Source of the DNA: Hymenobacter sp. B81
GTDB lineage: Bacteria; Bacteroidota; Bacteroidia; Cytophagales; Hymenobacteraceae
DNA: 64,000 nucleotides
Assembly: GCF_044628455.1 (NCBI RefSeq)
Contig: NZ_JBIYZW010000001.1
Location: 370,947 to 434,946, forward strand
Direction: 5' to 3'
The notes beneath the pieces were generated by a model. That model saw nothing but the letters and a program-made list of their open reading frames with translations. It did no database searches and had not been told where the DNA came from. Shown piece by piece: positions 28,008 to 37,000 of this stretch. Made by a program: the position numbers and the translations under genes. Each line of letters begins with the position of its first letter. The stretch's first letter is position 1.

Positions 28008-29254
28008 GTGATGAGCCGGAAGAGCTGCCCGCGCTGGATCTGCGCCTGACGGAAGAGAGCCTGGAGGACCTCTACGAGCGCGCGCCCTGTGGCTACTGCT
28101 CGTGCCTGCCCGACGGCACGCTGGTGAAGCTGAACCAGACCCTGCTGAACTGGCTGGGCTATACCCGCGAGGAACTGGTGGCGCGGCAGGGCCTGCAGCA
28201 GCTGCTGACCATGGGCGGGCGCCTGCACTACGAAATGCACTGCGTGCCGCGGCTGCTGCTGCACGGGGAGGTGCGTGAGCTAAGCTACCTGCTGCGGCGC
28301 AGGGACGGCAGCTCGCTGCCGGTGCTGCTGAACGCGACGCTGCGGCGCGACGCCGACGGGCAGCCGCTGCTGCTGCGCGCGACCTTGTTTGACATTACCG
28401 AGCGGCGCAAGTACGAGCAGGAGTTGCTGCGCGCCCGTGCCCAGGCCGAAGAGCAGCGCGAGCAGCTGGGCCGCGCCAACGCCCTGCTGACTACCCGCAA
28501 CGAGCAGCTCACCCGCATCAATGCCGATCTGGACAGCTTTGTGTACACGGCCTCGCACGATTTGAAGCAGCCGGTGACCAACATGGCGGGCATCTTTGAG
28601 GAGCTGAAGCGCTCGGCTACCTTTCACGACCCCGAAGCGCAGGGCATGGTGGCCATGTTTGAGAAGGCGCTGCTGCAGATTCTGAGCACCATTGACGGGC
28701 TCACGCAGGTGGTGCAGCAGCAAAGGCAGCTGGAGGAGCTGCCCACCGAGGAAGTAGCCCTGCAGCCGGTGGTCGACGAGATAGTGGGCAGCCTGAGCCA
28801 GCGGCTGGGGGAGCACCAGGCCACGTTTAGCGTGGATCTGGCAGTGCCCACGCTGCGCATGACGCCCGCTGCGGTGCACAGCCTGCTGTATAACCTGCTG
28901 AGCAACGCGCTGAAGTATGCCCAGCCGGGGCGGCCGCCGCTGGTGCGGGTGAGCACGGCGCCGGCGGCCGGGGGCGAGGTACTGCTGCGGGTGCAGGACA
29001 ACGGCCGCGGCATCGATCTGGTGCGCCACGGCGGCGAGCTGTTTCAGCTGTTCCGGCGGTTTCACCCGGAGGTGGTGGGTTCGGGCGTGGGGCTGTACTT
29101 GGTGAACCGGCTGGTGCACCAAGCCGGGGGGCGCGTGGAAGTGGACAGCTTGGTGGGCGTGGGCACCACGTTTCGGATTTATTTGCCCGGCGAAGCAGCC
29201 AGGGAGCCGGGGCCCGCGCCGGCCGGGGCGGCTACGCAGCCGGGGCAGGAGTAG
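28004..29254 (+). CDS. PAS-domain sensor histidine kinase (HisKA + HATPase_c), no TM
   Basis: ATG 28004 overlaps the RsbQ-like stop (ATGA). PAS region (CGYCSCLPDGTLVKLNQTLLNWLGYTREEL...LFDITERR), H-box FVYTASHDLKQPV, N/G boxes (LLSNALKYAQPG, QDNGRGID, GSGVGLYLV). Confidence 0.85.
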   Translation: MSDEPEELPALDLRLTEESLEDLYERAPCGYCSCLPDGTLVKLNQTLLNWLGYTREELVARQGLQQLLTMGGRLHYEMHCVPRLLLHGEVRELSYLLRRRDGSSLPVLLNATLRRDADGQPLLLRATLFDITERRKYEQELLRARAQAEEQREQLGRANALLTTRNEQLTRINADLDSFVYTASHDLKQPVTNMAGIFEELKRSATFHDPEAQGMVAMFEKALLQILSTIDGLTQVVQQQRQLEELPTEEVALQPVVDEIVGSLSQRLGEHQATFSVDLAVPTLRMTPAAVHSLLYNLLSNALKYAQPGRPPLVRVSTAPAAGGEVLLRVQDNGRGIDLVRHGGELFQLFRRFHPEVVGSGVGLYLVNRLVHQAGGRVEVDSLVGVGTTFRIYLPGEAAREPGPAPAGAATQPGQE

Positions 29255-29450
29255 CCACGGCCCGCGGTAGCGGGGAAACTGCGCGGTAGGCCAGGCGGAA
29301 GACCATAAAACGGGCAAGGAAGCGGGGGGAAGGGTTGCGGGGAGTGGGGATTTAGGGAGTACCTTAGAAGCTGCGGGGAAGGATAGTGGGGGCGACGCTT
29401 GCCATTCTGATCTTTTTCCACCGTTTCCCGGCTGCCTCGGCAGCGCTTAC

Positions 29451-30119
29451 ATGACCGACGAAGAGCGCATCAGCGCCAAGATTGCGGAGGTGGCCGCCAC
29501 GGCCGACGAGTACCCGGCCGTTATCATCATTCACCACGTGCCTACGCAGACGGTGCGCTACCTCTCCAAGTGGGGGCTGCAGCTGCTGGGGGCGACGCTG
29601 GAAGAGCTGACGGCGCTGGGACCGGCGTTTTCGCCCACCTACTTCAACCCGGTGGAGTCGGACGAGTACATGGCGCGGGTTTTTCAGCTTATGTATGAGA
29701 ACCACGTGCCGGAGGTGCACACGTTTTACCAGCAGGTGCGCACTACCGAGCGCGAGGGGTGGAGCTGGTATCTGACCTCGATGCGAAGGCTGCTGACGGA
29801 CGAGCAGGGCGGGCCGCTGCTGGTAATGGGGCTGGCCATTCCGCTGCACCCCGACAACCACTTCGCGGCCAAGGTGCAGCGGCTCATCGACGAGAATGAC
29901 TTTCTGCGGCGGCACCGGGTGGCGTATTCCAGCCTGACGGCGCGGGAGCGGGACGTGCTGCGGCTGCTGGCGCTGGGCCACAGCGCCGGGGAAATTGCCG
30001 GGGCGCTGAACATCTCGGAGATGACCGCGGCCACGCACCGGCGCAACGTGCGCCAGAAGCTGGGCGCCACTACGGCCTTCGATCTGATGGAGTACGCGCG
30101 GGCGTTCGACCTGATTTAG
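29451..30119 (+). CDS. LuxR-family transcriptional regulator with N-terminal PAS-like sensor domain (no receiver domain)
   Basis: C-terminal LTARERDVLRLLALGHSAGEIAGALNISEMTAATHRRNVRQKLG; N-terminal ~150 aa PAS-like fold, no REC aspartate pocket. Confidence 0.8.
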   Translation: MTDEERISAKIAEVAATADEYPAVIIIHHVPTQTVRYLSKWGLQLLGATLEELTALGPAFSPTYFNPVESDEYMARVFQLMYENHVPEVHTFYQQVRTTEREGWSWYLTSMRRLLTDEQGGPLLVMGLAIPLHPDNHFAAKVQRLIDENDFLRRHRVAYSSLTARERDVLRLLALGHSAGEIAGALNISEMTAATHRRNVRQKLGATTAFDLMEYARAFDLI

Positions 30120-30196
30120 CCGCGGACCGCACCCCCCGGCCCGCTCTCCACGATGTCGCGCATCAAGCGAGGGAAGGGGGCTGGGGGGAGGTCCGC

Positions 30197-31156
30197 TTAG
30201 CGCAGGCTGATGAGCAGGGCGGCGCCGGCGGTACCGTGGGCGTAGTGGGGCAGCAGCAGCACCTGGTTGGTGGCGGGGCGGTTGCGGCCCAAGCCCAGCT
30301 GCCGGCCCAGGTGGCGGGCGGTGCGCTGCAGGGTGGGGTAGGCCCAGTACACCAGCTCGGTGGAGAGGATGCCCACGCCGGCGCCGGCCACCACGTCGGA
30401 GGTCCAGTGGTTGTCTTTGACCACGCGCAGGGCGCCGGTGGTGGTGGCCACGGCGTAGGCGCCCACGCTGTACCAGAGGCTTTGGCGGCCGTACTCCTTG
30501 TGCATGAAGTGGGCCGTGGCGAAGGCGGTGCTGGTGTGGCTGCTGGGGAAGGAGCGGAGGTTCTGGCCGTTGGGGCGCTCGACCTGGGTGAGGCGCTTGA
30601 GGTTGCTGGTGATGCCGCTGTTGACTTGGTAGATGAAAGCCAGCAGCAGGGCCTGGTTGAGGGTGTTGTGCTGGCCTTTGACGCCCACCAGCCCCAGGCC
30701 CAGGGTGGTATAGGCGGGCACGTGGCGCAGGTAGTCGTCGACGTTGGTTTGCACGCCGGAAAGGTGGCGGCGGGTGCCGTCGCGCACGGACTCGTCGATT
30801 TCCATTTCCAGCTCGAACAGTTCGACCTCGTCGCGGATGATAGCGCCGGTGCCGATGAGCAGCACGGGCACGGCCAGCTTCTGCACGGCGGGCTGGCTGC
30901 GCAGCCAGTTGGCGCGGCCGCGGGCCACGTGGTAGACGGCGCGGCCGTGGCGCAGCAGGGTATCGAGCCGGACGCGGAGGGGGCGGGCGGCGAGGCTGTC
31001 GGGTGGGGGCGGCGGGGCGGCTTGGGTGCTAAGGGTAGCCGCGAGCAGGGCGGCGAGGGTGCCTACGGGGACCAGGCGGCCGGACGGGCGGGGGTGCGGC
31101 CGGGGGCTGGCTGGGGCGGGGGAGAGGTGGGCAGGCGCGTGTACGTGGTGCATCAT
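30197..31156 (-). CDS. PAP2-superfamily (type 2 phosphatidic acid phosphatase-like) membrane protein
   Basis: PAP2 motifs KRLTQVERPNG...PSSHTSTAF...SVGAYAVATTTGALRVVKDNHWTSDVVAG. ATG (MMHHV) at 31154-31156. Confidence 0.75.
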   Translation of the reverse strand: MMHHVHAPAHLSPAPASPRPHPRPSGRLVPVGTLAALLAATLSTQAAPPPPPDSLAARPLRVRLDTLLRHGRAVYHVARGRANWLRSQPAVQKLAVPVLLIGTGAIIRDEVELFELEMEIDESVRDGTRRHLSGVQTNVDDYLRHVPAYTTLGLGLVGVKGQHNTLNQALLLAFIYQVNSGITSNLKRLTQVERPNGQNLRSFPSSHTSTAFATAHFMHKEYGRQSLWYSVGAYAVATTTGALRVVKDNHWTSDVVAGAGVGILSTELVYWAYPTLQRTARHLGRQLGLGRNRPATNQVLLLPHYAHGTAGAALLISLR

Positions 31157-31387
31157 CCTACGCTCGGCTAGGGCCCCCGGTGGGGCCGTGGGTGGGGCTT
31201 TGGGCCTTCTGCTGCCACGGGGAGGCGGCCGGGGCAACTGCTGGCTGGTTGAGCTAACTCGGATGACTGTAAAAAGGTTAGGCCTCCCTGGCGCCGGGAT
31301 GGCGGCAGGAAGGCCTACTGGGTAAGTGCCGGGCGAGGGGGCCTTGGGGTAACCGCTGAAGGGGGCTGCCCGGAGCCGGGCGGGGGC

Positions 31388-32008
31388 TTAGGGCTGAGGG
31401 GTGAAGCGCTGAAGCTCGAGGCGCTGCTGGAGCAGGCCGGTGGAGCGGGAGTAGAGGTCGGCGCGCACGAGGCCGTGGGTGGGGGATATGTAGTCGTCGG
31501 CGAGCTGGATGAGGGGCGTGGATTGGGCGGGGTAGAGGTATTGCAGCTCGATGTGGTAGCGGGTAGCGGTGTGGCGCTGGCGCGAGGCGGGCACGGGGGC
31601 GGGCGCGGCGGCGCGGGAGGTGAGCACCCACAGGGTGTGGGTGGGGTAGACGTAGTTGTAGCCGGGCGAGCCGCCGTAGGTGGCGTTGGGGTAGACGATG
31701 ACGTGGCCGAGGCTGCCGGGGTTGTAGCGCAGGTAGCCCTGGGGGCCGTTTTGCACGATGCTGCCATCGGAGAGGATGTACCAGGTGCTGCCGGCCAGGG
31801 CGGTGTCGCGCCGCACGGAGCGCACGACGGTGGTACTGTCGGTGATGCGGCCGTCGGCGTTGTACTGGTAGCGGGTGTACTCCCAGGTGTGGCCCACGCG
31901 CAGGGGCACGACCTGCTCGGGCGGGGCGAGGTCGGCGTCTTTTTTGCAGGCGGCGAGGGCGAAGCTGGCGGCGGTGGCCAGCAGGGCGAAGCGGACGGTG
32001 GCGGGCAT
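31388..32008 (-). CDS. Hypothetical lipoprotein
   Basis: Signal peptide with lipobox FALAAC; beta-rich 206-aa ORF. Coordinates taken from the ORF track. Confidence 0.5.
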   Translation of the reverse strand: MPATVRFALLATAASFALAACKKDADLAPPEQVVPLRVGHTWEYTRYQYNADGRITDSTTVVRSVRRDTALAGSTWYILSDGSIVQNGPQGYLRYNPGSLGHVIVYPNATYGGSPGYNYVYPTHTLWVLTSRAAAPAPVPASRQRHTATRYHIELQYLYPAQSTPLIQLADDYISPTHGLVRADLYSRSTGLLQQRLELQRFTPQP

Positions 32009-32153
32009 GCGGGGAATAAAGGGGCGGGCAAGATAGGCGGCTGGGGCGAGGAGGCTGGAACGGGGGGGCGGGTTGCATGGGGCAGGGCTGGCGGGAAGAA
32101 ACCGCTGAGCTTATCGCTCGTAGGAAATAGGCATTACCATTCTGTCTACTGCA

Positions 32154-32609
32154 ATGCTACGCAACCCATTTTTTATGCTGCTGCTGGCCCTGGGGGCCGG
32201 GCTGGGCGCGTGTTCCCAGCAAGAAGCCGACCAGGCCGCCGCCGCTGACGTAACAGCGCCGCCGGCCGAGGTAGCCACGGCTCCGGTTCCGGCGGGCCAC
32301 ACCACCGACGAAGGTGGCAGCTCGGTGTACACCACGCAAGACAGCGAGGACATCATCATCACGGGCAACAACTCGGTGCAGACGCGGACCGTGAACGGGC
32401 AGGATATTCAGGTGCTGGGCGACGGGAACCAGGCCACGTTTACGGGCCGCGGCAAGGATTTCTACGCGGTAGGCAATGCCAACACGGTGGTGCTGGAACA
32501 CGTCAAATCCATTCAGGTAACCGGCGACAACAACGTGGTGACCTGGAAGGGGGATACGCCCAACATTCAGAATGCCGGGAAGAACAATACCATTTCGCAG
32601 GTGAAGTAG
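32154..32609 (+). CDS. Lipoprotein with short G-x-N-N-x-V repeats (DUF3060-like)
   Basis: Lipobox LGAC; repeats ITGNNSVQ / LGDGNQAT / VGNANTVV / TGDNNVVT. Confidence 0.55.
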   Translation: MLRNPFFMLLLALGAGLGACSQQEADQAAAADVTAPPAEVATAPVPAGHTTDEGGSSVYTTQDSEDIIITGNNSVQTRTVNGQDIQVLGDGNQATFTGRGKDFYAVGNANTVVLEHVKSIQVTGDNNVVTWKGDTPNIQNAGKNNTISQVK

Positions 32610-32667
32610 CGGGCGGGCGCCGGGGTGCTGATTGTGTTGCCGGGCGGCGGTCGGTGCCCGTGGGCGG

Positions 32668-33084
32668 TTACCAGAAGCCGACGTACTCGATGAGGGCGTA
32701 GACGATGATGCCGGCGCCGAGCAGCAGGAACAGATAAAGCATGAAATCGGAGCCGGGGGCCATGATGGTGAAGGTGGTGGGGTCGGCGGGGAGGTAGCGC
32801 AGTCGCACGGTTTCGCCTTCGTGGTGGCTGGCGGGGTTGGTGCCCTGGTGGTAGCGGGCGGTTATCCACTCCTGCTGCGTCGTCAGGAAGCGCACGACGG
32901 GGACGTACACGGTGCTTCTGCGGCTGGTTTGTTCTTCCAGGCGAATGACGGTGCCGGTGGTTTCGGTGCCGTGGCGGCGGATGTGGGCGGCTTTGCGCAG
33001 CATCAGGATGGCCCCGATGAGAAAGAAGCCGCCGAAGACGACGAGCTGAATCAGGCGCTCATCGGCCGCGTCGAGGGTGGGCAT
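32668..33084 (-). CDS. DUF3592-like small membrane protein (TM, beta domain, TM), array member 1
   Basis: N-terminal TM, central beta-rich domain (TGTVIRLEEQ...VYVPVVRFLT...GETVRLRYLPADP), C-terminal TM. Confidence 0.55.
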   Translation of the reverse strand: MPTLDAADERLIQLVVFGGFFLIGAILMLRKAAHIRRHGTETTGTVIRLEEQTSRRSTVYVPVVRFLTTQQEWITARYHQGTNPASHHEGETVRLRYLPADPTTFTIMAPGSDFMLYLFLLLGAGIIVYALIEYVGFW

Positions 33085-33128
33085 GGGGCGGGTTGGGGTT
33101 TCAGGGGTTGGCGGCTGGGGCCGCCGGG

Positions 33129-33509
33129 TTAGAAAACAAGGCGCCAGAGCGCGTATAGAACCAGCCAGCCCCCGCCTATGGTGAGGCCATAGAACCCTAG
33201 CGGGGAACCTTCGCCGATGGCGTAGTGGCTGGGTACAGCGGGGTCGTAGAGGATGGGTACCTCGTCGCCGACGGTGTAGGCGCTGTGGTATACCAGGTCG
33301 GTAATTTTCTGCTGGGTACGGGTGGTGAAGCGGATGGTGGCCAGGCGGTCGTCTCCCTGGCCTTGTATAGCCACAACGGTGCCGCGGGTACGCTCGCCGT
33401 ATTCGACGAGTCGGGTGTAGCGGCGGCGGCTCAGCTGCCCTGCGGCCACCAGGGTTACGCCCAGTAGAAGCAGTAAAGCGGCGTCGGCGGTGGGGGAGAC
33501 AAGGGGCAT
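33129..33509 (-). CDS. DUF3592-like small membrane protein, array member 2
   Basis: Same architecture (RGTVVAIQGQG...TIRFTT...GDEVPILYDP...C-terminal TM). Confidence 0.55.
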   Translation of the reverse strand: MPLVSPTADAALLLLLGVTLVAAGQLSRRRYTRLVEYGERTRGTVVAIQGQGDDRLATIRFTTRTQQKITDLVYHSAYTVGDEVPILYDPAVPSHYAIGEGSPLGFYGLTIGGGWLVLYALWRLVF

Positions 33510-33520
33510 GGGGATGTGCT

Positions 33521-33588
33521 AGGACTTAAGCGCCTCTCGAATCCCATTAAGGGTGTCGGCAATGGCTTCGAGTTTGATGAGCAATTAG
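33521..33588 (-). pseudogene. Orphan 3'-terminal fragment (21 codons, bounded by in-frame stops) homologous to the C-terminus of the giant gene 34030..38994, low GC
   Basis: Minus-strand translation LLIKLEAIADTLNGIREALKS* aligns with the giant-protein C-terminus VLTRLEAIAGGLSGIREALKQE* (14/21 identical). Codon usage is AT-rich, unlike the native copy. Confidence 0.6.
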
Positions 33589-33613
33589 TTGGTGCCAAAG
33601 CTGCGGAGGGTAT

Positions 33614-34015
33614 CTAAGGGAGATATTTCCATACGGCGTATACCAGTCCGCTAATTCCGAAGACTACAAGCATCCAGTCGCCGAAGCTTAGTCCCTGCCC
33701 ATCGATACTCACGCTGTTTGAGTCGGACAGATCAAAACGCACTGTGACTTCGTCGCCTTCTTTATAGCGGTCAGTAGTAATGCCAAAGCTGGAGCGGACT
33801 GTTATCAATTCCTGCTGAGCATTCTGGAAACGAATCACTGGATAAAAAGCCGGGGACTTACCTGCTTCGTAGTCAATCCAAATTACTGTGCCGGCCGCCG
33901 TTACGCCGGTTCGTTGTAGTCGAAATTTTTGACGCACTCTATACAGGGAAACCAGTGTGATAATCATACTTGGAACCGCTACAAGAATGAAACCTACGAT
34001 ATCAATACCCTCCAT
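33614..34015 (-). CDS. DUF3592-like small membrane protein, array member 3; low-GC (~47%) cassette
   Basis: TM-beta-TM architecture (TAAGTVIWIDYEAG...PVIRFQN...GDEVTVRFDL...C-terminal TM). Strongly AT-shifted codon usage versus the ~68% GC background. Lies 14 nt downstream of the giant-gene stop. Confidence 0.6.
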   Translation of the reverse strand: MEGIDIVGFILVAVPSMIITLVSLYRVRQKFRLQRTGVTAAGTVIWIDYEAGKSPAFYPVIRFQNAQQELITVRSSFGITTDRYKEGDEVTVRFDLSDSNSVSIDGQGLSFGDWMLVVFGISGLVYAVWKYLP

Positions 34016-34029
34016 AACTTATGTATTGT

Positions 34030-37000
34030 CTATTCCTGCTTTAGTGCCTCCCGGATGCCGCTGAGGCCGCCCGCAATGGCCTCCAGCCTGGTGAGCACCT
34101 GCAGCACCTGGCCGGTCTGGGAGTTGCGCAGGTTTTCCTGGTAGGTGTGCTTGATCTGCTGCCAGCGCTGCTGCTGCTCGGGGGTGAGCCAGCCGAGCAG
34201 CTCGCGCAGCTTGAGCAGGTTGGCTTCGGTGGCGCTGGTCAGGGTTTGGGCTTCGCTCTCGTAGTGGGCGGCCAGTAGCTGCTCGATTTCCTGCTCGTTC
34301 ATGACGGGGCGCACTTTCTCGGCCAGCTTGTTCATGTTGCGGTAGGAGCCCTGGAGCTTGAACGGCGGCTCGGTGCGGTAGGCGTCGGCCTGGGCGGCCG
34401 AGGCAATGTAGGCGGCGTTGACGCGGGCCACCACGTCGCGCAGGCGCAGCAGCTTCTGCAGCACGGCCACGTACTCGCTCAGCTCCTCGGGGGCGTGGTT
34501 GCCCTCGAAGGAGAGGCCGTCGGCCTGGTTGGTTTCGGCGAGGCGAATGAGGGTGGGCACGTCCTGCGGGGCCTGGCCGGCGAGGCGGGCCAGGGCGGCG
34601 TTGCTGGTGAGGGCGTTTTCGAGGTAGGAGAGGCGGAAGGCGTCTTCGGAGCCGGCCGTGAGAATGTCGCCGAGGTTGTAGATGTCGGCGCGGTTGGCCA
34701 GCATGTCGGGCAGCTTGAACACGTCGCCGGTTTCGGTGTAGGGGTTGCCGGCCATCACCACGCACACCTTGCGGCCGCGGAAGTCGTAGGTGCGGGCGCG
34801 GCCCTGGTACACGCCCTCAATCTTGCGCTGGGCGTCGCAGAGCGAGATAAACTTCTGCAGAAACTCGGGGTGGCAGTGCTGGATGTCGTCGACGTAAATC
34901 ATCACGTTGTCGCCCATCTCGAAGGCCAGGTTGAGCTTCTCCAGCTCCTGCCGCGCCCCGGCGTTGGGCGCCTGCGCCGGGTCGACGCTGGTGACGGCGT
35001 GGCCGATGGCCGGGCCGTTGATTTTCATGAAGATGAGGCCGAGGCGGTTGGCCACGTACTCCAGCAGGGTGGTCTTGCCGTAGCCCGGCGGCGAGATGAG
35101 CAGCAGCAGGCCCATGAGGTCGGTGCGCTTGCCTTCCCCGGCCGTGCCGATCTGCTTGGCCAGGTTGGCGCCGATGAGGGGCAGATACACCTGGTCGATG
35201 AGCTGGTTGCGCACGAAGGAGGTGAGCACGCGCGGGCGGAAATCGGCTAGGCGCATGTGCTCGGCGGCCTGGGTTAGCAGCTGCTTTTTCAGCTCGGCAA
35301 ACTGCTCGAACTGGGGCAGCGTGTGCTGGGCAAAGTGATGCAGGCGGCGGCGGAAGTGGGGAAAGTTGAGCTCGTAACTCGTTTTTTGTTTTTCGTTGCT
35401 CGTGACCAGACGCGGGTGGCTGCCGCGCATGTCGGGCAGCACTTCCGTGAGCGGGGTGCGAATGACGCGCTCGGGGGCATAGCTGCGGGAGGCGAGCAGG
35501 GCGGCAGTTTCGTCGCAAAATGCAGCCCAGACCGGGTGGCCGGCCTGCTGCAGGAAGGCCCGCAGCCACTGGCGAATCAGCTGGTACTGGGCGGCAGGCT
35601 GCTGGGCCAGGGCCGCTACCGACGCCTCGAAGGTGTCGGCGGCGCGGCGCTCTTTCAGGTGCTTCAGGAAAGCTTCGGAGAGGTCGGCGGCTTCGGCGGA
35701 AGTGGTGAAGGCGGGGGCCTCACCCCCCGGCCCCCTCTCCGAGGGAGAGGGGGAGCCAGACGACTGCTGAATTAGCTCGTGCAGCAGGTATTCGCCGGCT
35801 TCGGCAACTTCTTCGGGCGTGAACAGGCTGGTTTCCTGCGCGAACTGCTCAATGGCGGTTTGCAGCTCGGCGGTGAGCTTGCCGGTTTCGCGGGCGTCGG
35901 GGAAGACCTGTAGCAGCAGCGCCAGGCCCTGAATCTGGTGCTGCCAGTGGGCTTGCCGGTCGGCGGGGGCGAAGCGGTGCCAGTAGAGGTTGGCGGCGGC
36001 GCGGGTTTCGGTGGGGTAGCGCAGCAGGCCGGTGGCGCGGGTGAGGCGCACCAGGGCCGCGAGAATGAGGGCCGCGTCGTGGTCGTGCACGCCTTTGAGG
36101 TAGCCCTCGGCGTAGCGCGGGGCCATGTGCTGCTGCACGTAGGCCAGCAGGTCGGCGGGGCTCAGGCGTTCCAGCTCGGCTACCGACAGCGTGGCGGGGC
36201 GGCCTTCGGCGGCGGGCTGGGGGTGCTGGGCGGCGGTGAGCAGCTGGTAGGCCAGAAACTCGGCGCGGTACACGTCGTGGTTCTCGGAGGGCAGCGTCTG
36301 CTCCCACACCGGGCGGGCCTGCTCCACGGCGGCGTCCTCTACGGCGCGGTAGAAGTTGGTGCCGGTGAGGTGGTAGTGCAGCTGTCCGTCGCGCAGCACC
36401 AGCGTCAGCTCCAGCGGCTGGGTGTTCACGGTGAAGGTGTGCGGGCCGAAGCGCACGCCCTGGCCGCCGTCCACGAACAGGTCGGCGCGGTCCTTGAGCT
36501 GGCGCACGGCGTCTTCACGCACGGTTTTCAGGCGCGACTGGAGGTCGTCGGCCTTCACCGCGTCGCCCAACGCCAGCAGCTCGTCCACGGTGCGGCGCAC
36601 TTTCTCCACCATCACGTCGGCGGCGAAGTAGCCGTTGATGTCGGCCACCGCGGTGAGCTTGCTCACGCGATTCTGCACGGCTTTCAGCATGCGCTCGGCC
36701 GACTGTAGCAGGGCCGAGGCGCGCTGGTTGCGGGCGGCCACCAGGCTCTGCTTGCGGGCCTCGAAGGCTTCGTAGGCTTCCTCGCGGCGGGTGGCCAGCT
36801 GGCTCAGGAATTGGTCGAACTCGGGAAACTTGCCTTCCAGCTCCTCCAGTTGCACCATCAGGCGCGAGAGGTACTCGTCGCACTTGGCGGGCGTGTCGGA
36901 GAGGTCGAGGTAGTTCACCAGGGCCTGCTCCAGCAGCTTGAGTTGGGCGGCAAACTCGGCCTGGGCCTCGGTGCCGGCCAGGGCCTGGCGGCGGCGCTTG

